A stretch of 13,151 nucleotides of DNA, taken from NCBI GenBank assembly GCA_964510165.1, contig CAZEBC010000115.1:1-13151 (forward strand), read 5' to 3'. The notes under the pieces are model-generated. The model was not told the DNA's origin. It searched no databases and saw only the letters and a program-made list of their open reading frames with translations. The number at the start of each line of letters is the position of its first letter. Position 1 is the first letter of the stretch. The DNA comes from an uncultured bacterium (GTDB taxonomy: Bacteria > Abyssobacteria > SURF-5). Positions 1 through 8,466 of this stretch are shown piece after piece. Both the position numbers and the translations under genes were made by a program.

Positions 1-115
1 CGCCCTCGCCGGTCTGCGTCTCAGTGGCCTACAATATAATAACCTCTCACCACAATTCAGCAGCTTTTCCTTGCATATGGTATCATAGGTTCATGTCTAA
101 AGTGCTGTATGCTCA

Positions 116-1420
116 ATGGACGGCCGGGGTGGCGCCCTTCATGAACATTCTATGAACGAACCTGTAAAAGAATCCCGTAGCTGGTTGTATCTTTCGCAGT
201 TGAGCGTCAACTATTTCGGCTGGATATTCTGTTGGATCATCGCCTCAGTCTACATGATTCCCAATATGCTCTTGGGAGTGGTGGACGACTCCGTAAAGAA
301 CTCGCGGCTGGGCCTGATGACCGGCGTCTCGAACATATTATTGCTTGCCATGCTGCCTCTCGTGGGAGCAACTAGCGACCGGCTGCGGTGGAGGCTGGGG
401 CGCCGACGCCCGTTTTATCTAACGGCGGTCCTTGCGGTTTCCGTCCTTACTCTTCTGGTTGTTCCATCTCGATATTTCGCCGTTCTGTTTGCTCTCCTAT
501 TCCTGATGCACGGGGCCGAAGCGTGTTGGTTTACGAATTACGCGCTCATTCGAGATATCGTCCCGCTTGAGCGCCGTGGCCGCATCTCTGGCCTGACAAA
601 CATAATGAGCACCCTGGGAATATTGCTCGCCCACGCCCTCGCGCCTCAATTTATCGCGTCCGGGCACATGATGAACCTGGCATTGCTCGCCGCCGCGACG
701 AACACCGCCTGCGGCCTTTGGGTCGCCCTGAGGATAACAGAGCAAACGCCAACCGACCCGCCGCCTCGAATCTCTTCCTGGAGAGAGGTCTATCTCCCGA
801 AACTGGAGCGCTCGCGCGGTCTGGTCTGGCTGGCGGCGGTCAACATATTCACCCAGATGGGAGCGGTCGCCATGACCTGCTTCCTTCTGTACTTCATCAA
901 GGACCAGATAGACTCAGAGCATTTCAATGAAACATTCCGCAACGCTAACCTGATCGGCTTAGGCCCGGGTGTGGTTTCCGCCCTTTCCGCAGGATGGATA
1001 GCCGACCGATTCGGAAGAAGAAGGGTGTTGGCCGTCGCATGCCTTTTCCAGGTCGCTTCCATAGTCAATTTTCTTGTGTTTCCCTGGGTCCATTCCACGC
1101 TTTACCTCACCGGACTGTTATTCGGGCTGGGCAGCGCGGCCTACTGGAGCCTCTACTGGACCCTTTTGTCCGATCTGGTCCCCGAAGGCGAGACCGGCAA
1201 GTACATCGGGCTGATTCAGTACACCACCATGATTCCCTGGGCGGTTGTGCCGCCGACGCTGGGCGCAATTGTGGACGGCCTCGGAGCGGCCTCCGGCCAA
1301 GGATATCGTATACTATTCTTTTTAGTAGTGATTCTCTTCACATTAGGAATGATGCTGATCCGGCGAATCCCGGAAACGCTGAGGTCGGATTCGAATCCAG
1401 TCACCACAGGATTGCGGTGA
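116..1420 (+). CDS. MFS transporter (about 12 TM), substrate unknown
   Basis: 434-aa hydrophobic ORF with MFS motif A in both halves (GATSDRLRWRLGRRRPF and GWIADRFGRRR) and post-helix motifs (LIRDIVPLERRG, LLSDLVPEGETG). The start may instead be ATG 152; neither start has a clear RBS. Confidence 0.9.
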   Translation: MDGRGGALHEHSMNEPVKESRSWLYLSQLSVNYFGWIFCWIIASVYMIPNMLLGVVDDSVKNSRLGLMTGVSNILLLAMLPLVGATSDRLRWRLGRRRPFYLTAVLAVSVLTLLVVPSRYFAVLFALLFLMHGAEACWFTNYALIRDIVPLERRGRISGLTNIMSTLGILLAHALAPQFIASGHMMNLALLAAATNTACGLWVALRITEQTPTDPPPRISSWREVYLPKLERSRGLVWLAAVNIFTQMGAVAMTCFLLYFIKDQIDSEHFNETFRNANLIGLGPGVVSALSAGWIADRFGRRRVLAVACLFQVASIVNFLVFPWVHSTLYLTGLLFGLGSAAYWSLYWTLLSDLVPEGETGKYIGLIQYTTMIPWAVVPPTLGAIVDGLGAASGQGYRILFFLVVILFTLGMMLIRRIPETLRSDSNPVTTGLR

Positions 1421-1451
1421 ACAGGGTGACAGAGAACGGCAGGGGACCGTC

Positions 1452-1562
1452 GTGCTTTCCATAAGGAATCCAAGAGGCGATCGCATCGTCGCATTTGATG
1501 CAGGAACACAATCAATTCGAGGCGTTGTCATAGATATGTGCGGCAATGTCCTGGCATTCTGA
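1452..1562 (+). pseudogene. Truncated N-terminal fragment of an FGGY-family carbohydrate kinase
   Basis: Hand translation from GTG 1452 (AGGGG at 1441-1445 upstream) gives MLSIRNPRGDRIVAFDAGTQSIRGVVIDMCGNVLAF*. IVAFDAGTQSIRGVVID-x2-GNVL matches the FGGY phosphate-1 motif (hhhhDxGTxSxRxhhhDxxGxhh). It stops after 36 aa, whereas the family is about 500 aa. Confidence 0.8.
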
Positions 1563-1581
1563 ACAAGAACAGGAGACTGAA

Positions 1582-3288
1582 ATGGAAAAGTCAGGAAGGT
1601 TTCACCCCGACTGGCGGGACGATGTGCCAGCCGAAGGAACGTACCGTTCGATATTCAAATACGATCCGAACAAGTTCAAACATCCGTCCCAGGCCTGGTA
1701 CGAAATGTTCAAGCAGGAGTTCGGCCTCACCGACGATGATTTCAGAAAACGGCAGCCGGGCGGGGACGAGAAGGTGTCCGTCACACAGGAGATTCGCCTG
1801 ACCGAAACGCAGATACGCGCGTTTGAGGATATCGTCGGAAAAGAAAACGTTGCCAAGGACGACTACAGCCGCGTGAAGTACGGCCATGGCAAATCACTGG
1901 ATGAGGACCTGAATCTCAGGCGCAACATCGTTACACACGTCCCCGATATCGTCCTCCACCCACGAGACAAAGAGGACGTGAAAAAAATCGTCCAATATTG
2001 CAACGCCGAAAAGATTCCTATTGTCGCCTATGGCGCCGGGTCGGGTGTCGTCCTGGGAACGCAACCTGAAAAAGGCGGCGTCATATTGGTTATGAAAACT
2101 CATATGAACAAGGTCCTCAAAATCAACCAGTTGAATCAGACCGCGACGGTACAGCCCGGATTGATGGGTCCCGATTATGAGGATGCGCTGAATAACGCCC
2201 CGGAACGATTCGGCACGAAGCTCAGATACACGTGCGGGCATTTCCCTCAATCGTTTGAGCTCTCTTCCGTCGGCGGATGGATTCTGGCGCTCGGCTCGGG
2301 CCAGGCCTCAACATATTACGGAGACGCTTACGACATCGTGCTGAGCCAGGAATACGTCACTCCCGCAGGCCTCATCAAGACTCACGATTTTCCCGGGACC
2401 GCGACCGGCCCCAGAGTCAACGACATCATGAAAGGCAGCGAAGGCGCATACGGCATCCTGGTGGAGGCCACGATGAGGATATTCCGGTTCATGCCGGAGA
2501 ACCGCCAGCGCTTTTCCTATATGTTTCCCTCATGGGACGCCGCGGTCGAGGCCAGCCGGGAGATCGTGCAGGGAGAGTTCGGCCTGCCTGCCGTTTACAG
2601 AATATCCGACCCGGAAGAAACCGAGATCGGCCTGAAGCTCAAGGGCTTCAGCGAGGGATGGTTCGACAGCTATATGCGGATGCGGGGCATGCAGCCGATG
2701 AAACGCTGTCTCTGCATCGGCACGGCGGAAGGCGAGAGGGGTTTTGCCAGACACGTGAGCAAACAGATAGCAAGGATAGTGCGCTCGCACGGCGCTGTTT
2801 CTTTGACCGGATACGGGACAAGAGAGTGGGAAAAAGGCCGCTATGCCGACGTCCATATGCGAGAAGACCTTCTTGATTACGGCATAATCATAGATACCCT
2901 CGAGTCCGGAGTCACATGGGAAAACCTTCATAGACTCCATGAGGGGGTCAGGGCGTTCGTCAAGGGCAGACCGAAAACCTTGTGCCTCACTCATGCCTCC
3001 CACTTCTATCCTCAGGGAACCAACCTGTACTTCATCTTCATGATGAGACCCGATGACCCGGAGGAGTTCTTCAAGTTTCGCAGCGGCGTAGTGGACAAGA
3101 TGATCGAGTATGGCGGCTCCATCAGCCACCATCACGGAATCGGCAGAATGTTTGCGCGGTGGATGGAGCCCCATTTGGGCAGAGAGCAAATGGAAATCCT
3201 TCGAGCAATCAAGAGACATCTTGACCCCAACAATGTTATGAACCCGGGAGCCTTGCTGGGACTCGAAAATCCGGAATCTCCACGTTGA
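1582..3288 (+). CDS. FAD-binding oxidoreductase, VAO/PCMH family, alkylglycerone-phosphate (alkyl-DHAP) synthase-like
   Basis: Motifs PDIVLHP, YGAGSGV, GHFPQSFELSSVGGW, GPRVNDIMKGSEGAYGILVEA, GTNLYF, GGSISHHHGIG and LDPNNVMNPG; the HHH motif is typical of AGPS. Start placed at ATG 1582 because AGGAG lies at 1571-1575; the ORF-track start 1546 overlaps the FGGY remnant. Confidence 0.88.
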   Translation: MEKSGRFHPDWRDDVPAEGTYRSIFKYDPNKFKHPSQAWYEMFKQEFGLTDDDFRKRQPGGDEKVSVTQEIRLTETQIRAFEDIVGKENVAKDDYSRVKYGHGKSLDEDLNLRRNIVTHVPDIVLHPRDKEDVKKIVQYCNAEKIPIVAYGAGSGVVLGTQPEKGGVILVMKTHMNKVLKINQLNQTATVQPGLMGPDYEDALNNAPERFGTKLRYTCGHFPQSFELSSVGGWILALGSGQASTYYGDAYDIVLSQEYVTPAGLIKTHDFPGTATGPRVNDIMKGSEGAYGILVEATMRIFRFMPENRQRFSYMFPSWDAAVEASREIVQGEFGLPAVYRISDPEETEIGLKLKGFSEGWFDSYMRMRGMQPMKRCLCIGTAEGERGFARHVSKQIARIVRSHGAVSLTGYGTREWEKGRYADVHMREDLLDYGIIIDTLESGVTWENLHRLHEGVRAFVKGRPKTLCLTHASHFYPQGTNLYFIFMMRPDDPEEFFKFRSGVVDKMIEYGGSISHHHGIGRMFARWMEPHLGREQMEILRAIKRHLDPNNVMNPGALLGLENPESPR

Positions 3289-3346
3289 ATTGGCATGACG
3301 GCAAGACCTTCAGATAGGATGTTTCGCCGCTTGGGAGGCGGCCCGC

Positions 3347-3451
3347 TTTCTCCGCGACTTGGAGAAAGACGCCGGCGAAAGCTATAATCTCTACGGCAAT
3401 CATCCCGATGTCGGCCTGCGGTCCTCCGCGATGATGAATGGCTGCAAATAA
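3347..3451 (+). pseudogene. Degenerate C-terminal fragment of a sulfatase-like gene
   Basis: The frame from 3347 reads FLRDLEKDAGESYNLYGNHPDVGLRSSAMMNGCK*, resembling the sulfatase C-terminal motif LYDLxxDPxExxNLxxxxPxxxxxL. There is an in-frame TGA at 3296-3298 upstream and no usable start. Confidence 0.6.
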
Positions 3452-3542
3452 CGAAAGATAATATGATCCCCTTACACCATCTTGATCCGCCGACAAATCC
3501 ACAGGAGCACAATACCGAATCTATCCAAAGGGAGCGATATAA

Positions 3543-6080
3543 GTGGCTGGGCGGTTGGTAAGAGCCGGACTCGTTCTCCTTTTCATCACTTCTTTCCTGG
3601 GAAAGACCTTTTCCCATATGCGTCCCTTGGCAAAGGGCCAGATAATTTCGTTTGGTGATTTGTATTCTCAATATCTGCCATGGTTCACTTTTGCAAAAAG
3701 GACTATCCTGTCTGGCCAGCTTCCATTGTGGACTCCATACGAAGCTGCGGGTAAGCCGCTTCTTGCCTCAACAGTATCCGGATTCCTTTACCCGATCAAC
3801 TGGGTGATATTGCTGCTCGATGTGCCCATTGCGATTCTCTTCATCCAGCTTTCCGGGATTTTCATTGGCATGGTGGGAATGGTGCTTTATCTCCGTTATC
3901 TGAAAATCGATTGGCTGGGGACTATCCTGGGCACTCTCCTTGTAGGCTACGTGCTCTCGGGATGGAGCTATGTCCCGTTCATTTCCTCCACCTTGTGCTG
4001 GCTGCCCATCATATTCCTTCTATCCACCCGCCTCATTGACCGGCCAAGCCTGAACAGTTGTGCAGCTCTGACGGCGCCACTCGCGCTGGCTTTTCTGGCT
4101 GGATTCCTGCAGCACTTCTACTTCATATGCGCCGTATTATGCGTGTACGTTCTCATCCTGCTCTTTTTTTCTCGACGACAGTACGACTTCAGAGCTTTAT
4201 CGCTGAGGCTTGGACTCATTGGTTCTGCTCTTCTCTTGACCATTTGTCTGGTCTCCGTTCAGCTTCTCCCCACTATGGAGCTATCTTTGAATTCTGCCCG
4301 GGATTTCACCAAAGAGTTCAGCATGAAGGAGGACCCTTGGGCTGGTTTCTCCTTTCTTGAGTCAATCCCATTCTATTACAACAGTGCCGGCGTGCGGTCT
4401 CCGGAACAACTACTCATGCTCCCGGATACTTTCTACGTTGGCCTTTCTCTTCTCCTGATACCCTTTTCGCTGGGATCAAGGAGGCTGAGGCCGGTCGTCA
4501 TTGGGTTGCTGACAGCCGTACTATTCACAATGTTATACATTCTTTCCCGAGAACTGCCCGCGCTCGCGATGTTTGGAAAACTGCCGTTATCCGGGTCTTT
4601 TCGCGGTCACGTCAGGATGCTGCCCATCGGTGAGATATTGGCTGCGGCGTTGATCGCCATCGGACTCAACTCTTACTGGGAGCGTTCGCCAATGAGACTG
4701 TGCTCTAAGGGGTCCAAGAGGCCAGACTGGTTCTGGCTTGCGGTTGTCGCGTTCTTGCTCGCCCTTATCTTTCCGTGGTTTCTGCAAGTCGCAAGACTCT
4801 TGATAAGGTCTCCTGCTTACCTTGCAATCCTCTTGCCTGCTTTCTGCAGCGTCTTGCTGTGGCTGCTTCATCGTTCAAACCTTTCATCCCGACTGCGGCG
4901 ACTGATGATTGCCGCTGGCGCCGTGTTATCCATTTTTGGCATTGTCACCCACCGAGATATGTTCGTACCGGTCGGATATGAGCTGATTATCCTTCACATA
5001 ATTGCCTTCTTGATCATGCTCCAGTGGAATGCCTCTCGAATCAGTCCTCATATGAGGCGAGCAGTGGTATGGATGATCGCGGTCTTTCTTATTCTCGATG
5101 TCGTTTCGCACCGGAGATTTGTGAGTCAACCTGTCCCCGCCAAGACGAGGCGTGAACTTTCGGACCGCTTATCGTCGGACCCCGGGATAAGATGGGTAAC
5201 CGACCATGCAGGATATGATCGTGTGCTCATATTCGATGCCGCCTCGGTCTTCAATCCCAATGTGGGAACAATGCTCGGCTTTTTCAATATCAATAGCTAC
5301 GACACTTTCATCCCTGCTCGGTGGCGGAATTATGTGTTGTCGGCGGTGAATCCATACGGGAACGGTTCGACGACGAGCGGGAGTAGCCTGGAAAGATCGT
5401 TTTACGGTTTTCTCAACCAAACCAGTCGTGACAGATTGCTCTCCGCGGCATCCATATGGGGTTTGGCTTCGCTGCGCTACTACATTACTTACGATGAAAA
5501 CCCAGACCGGGAAATGGCAGATAATAAGGACAAATGGACACTGATATTCACAGGAACGAAAGACGAGCATAAGGTGCGCGTTTATGAAAATCGATTCGCG
5601 TTGCCGCGAGCGTACCTTGTCGACAATTATGCGGTGGCGAACAACGAGACGGAAAGCCTGCAACAGGTAATGAGAAACTCCTCGAAGCTTTCGCATTCGG
5701 TGATTCTGGAGGGCGGTCGTCCCTCCTTTCCTTCTGACGCCAACCCACAGGAACTGGGACATACACGGTTCATCAAGTATGAACCCAATGAGGTCGAGAT
5801 GGTTGTAGAGGCAAGGAAACCGTCGCTCGTCGTGCTGACCGACAGCTATTATCCGGGCTGGTATGCCTACGTGGACGGCCGCGCAACGCGTATCTGGCCG
5901 GCGAATTCTCTGTTCAGGGCTGTCGAGGTGCCTGGCGGAGTTCACACCGTGCTCTTCCTTTACCGACCAAAAACTCTTGCATGGGGATTCGTCATTTCGG
6001 TACTGACGATGGTCTTTCTGCTTGCAGGGCTTCTAATTACTAAGAGAGGAGGACAGACAGTTCCAGAAATTCTTCAATAA
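3543..6080 (+). CDS. YfhO-family polytopic membrane protein (putative GT-C-fold glycosyltransferase)
   Basis: 845 aa with many TM segments. N-terminal GDLYSQYLPW...GQLPLWTPYEAAGKP and GFLYPINW; C-terminal VYENRFALPRAYLV and LVVLTDSYYPGWYAYVDG...ANSLFRAVEVPGGVHTVLFLYRP followed by a final TM helix, typical of YfhO proteins. GTG start with AAGGGAG at 3528-3534. Confidence 0.85.
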   Translation: MAGRLVRAGLVLLFITSFLGKTFSHMRPLAKGQIISFGDLYSQYLPWFTFAKRTILSGQLPLWTPYEAAGKPLLASTVSGFLYPINWVILLLDVPIAILFIQLSGIFIGMVGMVLYLRYLKIDWLGTILGTLLVGYVLSGWSYVPFISSTLCWLPIIFLLSTRLIDRPSLNSCAALTAPLALAFLAGFLQHFYFICAVLCVYVLILLFFSRRQYDFRALSLRLGLIGSALLLTICLVSVQLLPTMELSLNSARDFTKEFSMKEDPWAGFSFLESIPFYYNSAGVRSPEQLLMLPDTFYVGLSLLLIPFSLGSRRLRPVVIGLLTAVLFTMLYILSRELPALAMFGKLPLSGSFRGHVRMLPIGEILAAALIAIGLNSYWERSPMRLCSKGSKRPDWFWLAVVAFLLALIFPWFLQVARLLIRSPAYLAILLPAFCSVLLWLLHRSNLSSRLRRLMIAAGAVLSIFGIVTHRDMFVPVGYELIILHIIAFLIMLQWNASRISPHMRRAVVWMIAVFLILDVVSHRRFVSQPVPAKTRRELSDRLSSDPGIRWVTDHAGYDRVLIFDAASVFNPNVGTMLGFFNINSYDTFIPARWRNYVLSAVNPYGNGSTTSGSSLERSFYGFLNQTSRDRLLSAASIWGLASLRYYITYDENPDREMADNKDKWTLIFTGTKDEHKVRVYENRFALPRAYLVDNYAVANNETESLQQVMRNSSKLSHSVILEGGRPSFPSDANPQELGHTRFIKYEPNEVEMVVEARKPSLVVLTDSYYPGWYAYVDGRATRIWPANSLFRAVEVPGGVHTVLFLYRPKTLAWGFVISVLTMVFLLAGLLITKRGGQTVPEILQ

Positions 6081-6127
6081 TCTGTACTCATGTTTGCTGA
6101 GTAATCACTCTTTGAAAGGAGAAAACC

Positions 6128-7066
6128 ATGGCCACGAAAAAAGTGAGCAAGAAAAAGAAACAGGATGCCGAACTGTATTCCCTGGGCGCCGCTTTCAACG
6201 GAACCGAAATCGTCCCGATATTCGAGGCACGCATTCCCATCATCGACATGGGATTTCTCCACAGCGACGTTTGCTACGACGTCGTGAGCGTGTGGAAGGG
6301 AAGCTTTTTCAGACTCAATGAGCACATGGACCGCTTCGAGAAGAGCTATCAGGGACTCGGCTTCAAGATGCCTTACACCAAAGACGAAATGAGGCAGATA
6401 CTGATAGACATGGTCGCGCGCTCCCGACTCCGCAACGCCTATGTCTATATGTGCGCCACGCGCGGACTACCGGACCTCGACGACCCGCGCGACATGAGCA
6501 AATATGCGCAGCAGTTCTACGCGTTTGCTGTGGATTTCATCTGGCTCGTTGACCCGGAAGAACAAATGGTCGGCAGTGACGTGATCATCAGCTCTGTTCC
6601 CCGCATCCCCAAAGAGTGCGTGGACCCCACAATCAAGAACCATCATTGGGGCGACCTGACCCGCGCAGACAAAGAAGCCCACGCGAAGGGCGCAAAGACC
6701 GCGTTCCTCCTCGACCTCGACGGCAATCTGACTGAAGGCGTGGGATTCAATATATTCATGGTCAAAGACGGCAAGCTCTTTACTCCGGATTCGGGCTGTC
6801 TTTTGGGCATCACACGTCTCACCGTGTTTGACCTTGCCAAAGAAATGCATATCGAGGCTAAGGCATGCAAGATTCCGGCGGAGAAACTGCGCGCAGCCGA
6901 CGAAATATTCATGTGCACCACGGCAGGAGGCATTATGCCCGTGAAATCGCTCGACGACGTCCCTGTCAGCGGCGGCAAGCCCGGCCCCATCACGATGAAG
7001 CTGCGCGAGGCCTTCTGGAAAGCGCACGATAGGCCCGAGTACTCAACGCCGGTGAACTACGACTGA
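6128..7066 (+). CDS. PLP-dependent aminotransferase class IV, (R)-selective amine transaminase-like
   Basis: EARIPIIDMGFLHSDVCYDV, FFRLNEHMDRF, catalytic Lys in DPTIKNHHWGDL, LTEGVGFNIF, LLGITR and EIFMCTTAGG. Strong RBS (GAAAGGAGA) just upstream of the ATG. Confidence 0.92.
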   Translation: MATKKVSKKKKQDAELYSLGAAFNGTEIVPIFEARIPIIDMGFLHSDVCYDVVSVWKGSFFRLNEHMDRFEKSYQGLGFKMPYTKDEMRQILIDMVARSRLRNAYVYMCATRGLPDLDDPRDMSKYAQQFYAFAVDFIWLVDPEEQMVGSDVIISSVPRIPKECVDPTIKNHHWGDLTRADKEAHAKGAKTAFLLDLDGNLTEGVGFNIFMVKDGKLFTPDSGCLLGITRLTVFDLAKEMHIEAKACKIPAEKLRAADEIFMCTTAGGIMPVKSLDDVPVSGGKPGPITMKLREAFWKAHDRPEYSTPVNYD

Positions 7067-7194
7067 CTATTCGCGGCATTCAAGAGAGAACAGGCCCACA
7101 GCCTGTATCGGCGAAACTTGTTTCTTGATTTTCCGGTTAAGCATTAGTTTGGCTTTGGCCGGGGGTTCTCTATCTGAATCGTAGAAGAAAAAAC

Positions 7195-8466
7195 GTGCCA
7201 GTCCGCGAATCCATAGCAAATCAGGCTGTCAGATTATCCGGCTTTCTTGGCCTGCAACGAAGCACCACGGGGGTGCTGGCCATGGCGGTGCTGGTCGGCA
7301 TGGGCGAGCGAATGGCCGAGCGTTTCTTGCCCATCTATATACTGGCCTTGGGCGGCGGCGCGCTGGCCATTGGTCTGCTCCAGGCTATGGATAACCTGCT
7401 TTCGGCCCTGTACAGCCTACCCGGCGGTTACCTCTCCGACCGCATCGGCGCCAAGCGGTCCCTATTGATCTTCAATATTGTGGCCATGGCGGGCTTCGCA
7501 CTGGTTATTCTCATCCCAGCTTGGCAGGCGGTGCTGGCCGGCGCACTGTTCTTCATATCGTGGTCGGCCATATCGCTGCCCGCCACTATGAGCCTCATAT
7601 ACAAAGTACTGCCCGAGAACAAGCGAACCATGGGGGTGAGCATGCACTCGCTTGTTCGCCGCGTTCCGATGGCGCTGGGTCCCATTATCGGCGGTGTCTT
7701 AATCGGGATTTGGGGCGAACGCGATGGCGTTCGTCTAGCCTTTGGAGCTGCGCTGGCCATGGCGGCAATTGCGTTGTTGATGCAGCAACAGATGATCGAA
7801 AGCGACTCTCCGCGTGCGGCATCATCGGCATATTCCCGCGGCCCGACGCTGGAGAGAGGCCCGCTAAGGTTGCTGCGCCTGATGAACCCGGCCATGAAAA
7901 AACTGCTGGTCACTGACATTTTGATAAGGTTCTGCGAGCAGATTCCCTATGCCTTCGTGGTGGTCTGGTGCATGAAGGCCATCGTCGAGCCGGTTTCCGC
8001 TATCCAATTCGGTCTCCTTACGACCATCGAGATGGCAACGGCAGTACTGGTCTATATCCCCGTCGCCTACATGGCCGACCGCACCACGAAGAAACCGTTT
8101 GTCTTCACGACCTTTGTCTTTTTCACCTTGTTTCCCTTGGTGCTTCTCTACAGCCGCTCTTTCGAATGGTTGGTGGCAGCCTTTATCCTGCGAGGCCTCA
8201 AGGAGTTTGGCGAGCCTACGCGCAAGGCTCTTATCATGGACCTCTCCCCAGACGACTGCAAGGCGGGCATGTTCGGGCTCTATTACCTGATCCGCGACGT
8301 CGTTGTCTCGGTCGCTGCCTTGGGCGGAGCGTTTCTGTGGCAAGTCAGTCCGCGGACGAACCTCGTCACAGCGTTTATTTTCGGGATCATCGGCACTGTG
8401 GGCTTTGCCGTTCTCGGTCGTGACATTCCCACGCCCGAACGAAAGCGCGACGCTCAGAACGGCTGA
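7195..8466 (+). CDS. MFS transporter, substrate unknown
   Basis: 423-aa hydrophobic ORF with motif A-like GGYLSDRIGAKRS and AYMADRTTKKP, plus EPTRKALIMDL. The GTG start is uncertain. Confidence 0.88.
   Translation: MPVRESIANQAVRLSGFLGLQRSTTGVLAMAVLVGMGERMAERFLPIYILALGGGALAIGLLQAMDNLLSALYSLPGGYLSDRIGAKRSLLIFNIVAMAGFALVILIPAWQAVLAGALFFISWSAISLPATMSLIYKVLPENKRTMGVSMHSLVRRVPMALGPIIGGVLIGIWGERDGVRLAFGAALAMAAIALLMQQQMIESDSPRAASSAYSRGPTLERGPLRLLRLMNPAMKKLLVTDILIRFCEQIPYAFVVVWCMKAIVEPVSAIQFGLLTTIEMATAVLVYIPVAYMADRTTKKPFVFTTFVFFTLFPLVLLYSRSFEWLVAAFILRGLKEFGEPTRKALIMDLSPDDCKAGMFGLYYLIRDVVVSVAALGGAFLWQVSPRTNLVTAFIFGIIGTVGFAVLGRDIPTPERKRDAQNG

Noticed and set aside
1..60. Possible leftward transcript or structured RNA starting near position 29 after an AT-rich -10-like patch
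   Set aside because: Truncated by the window edge, and too little sequence to match any tRNA, 6S or riboswitch family.
3463..3561. 32-codon ORF (MIPLHHLDPP...KWLGGW) overlapping the YfhO start, suggesting a frameshifted N-terminus
   Set aside because: GTG 3543 has its own well-spaced RBS and is followed by a normal first TM helix, so no frameshift is needed.
7080..7128. Hairpin ACAGGC-ccaca-GCCTGT after the aminotransferase stop
   Set aside because: A 6-bp stem with no adjacent U-tract, too weak to call a terminator.
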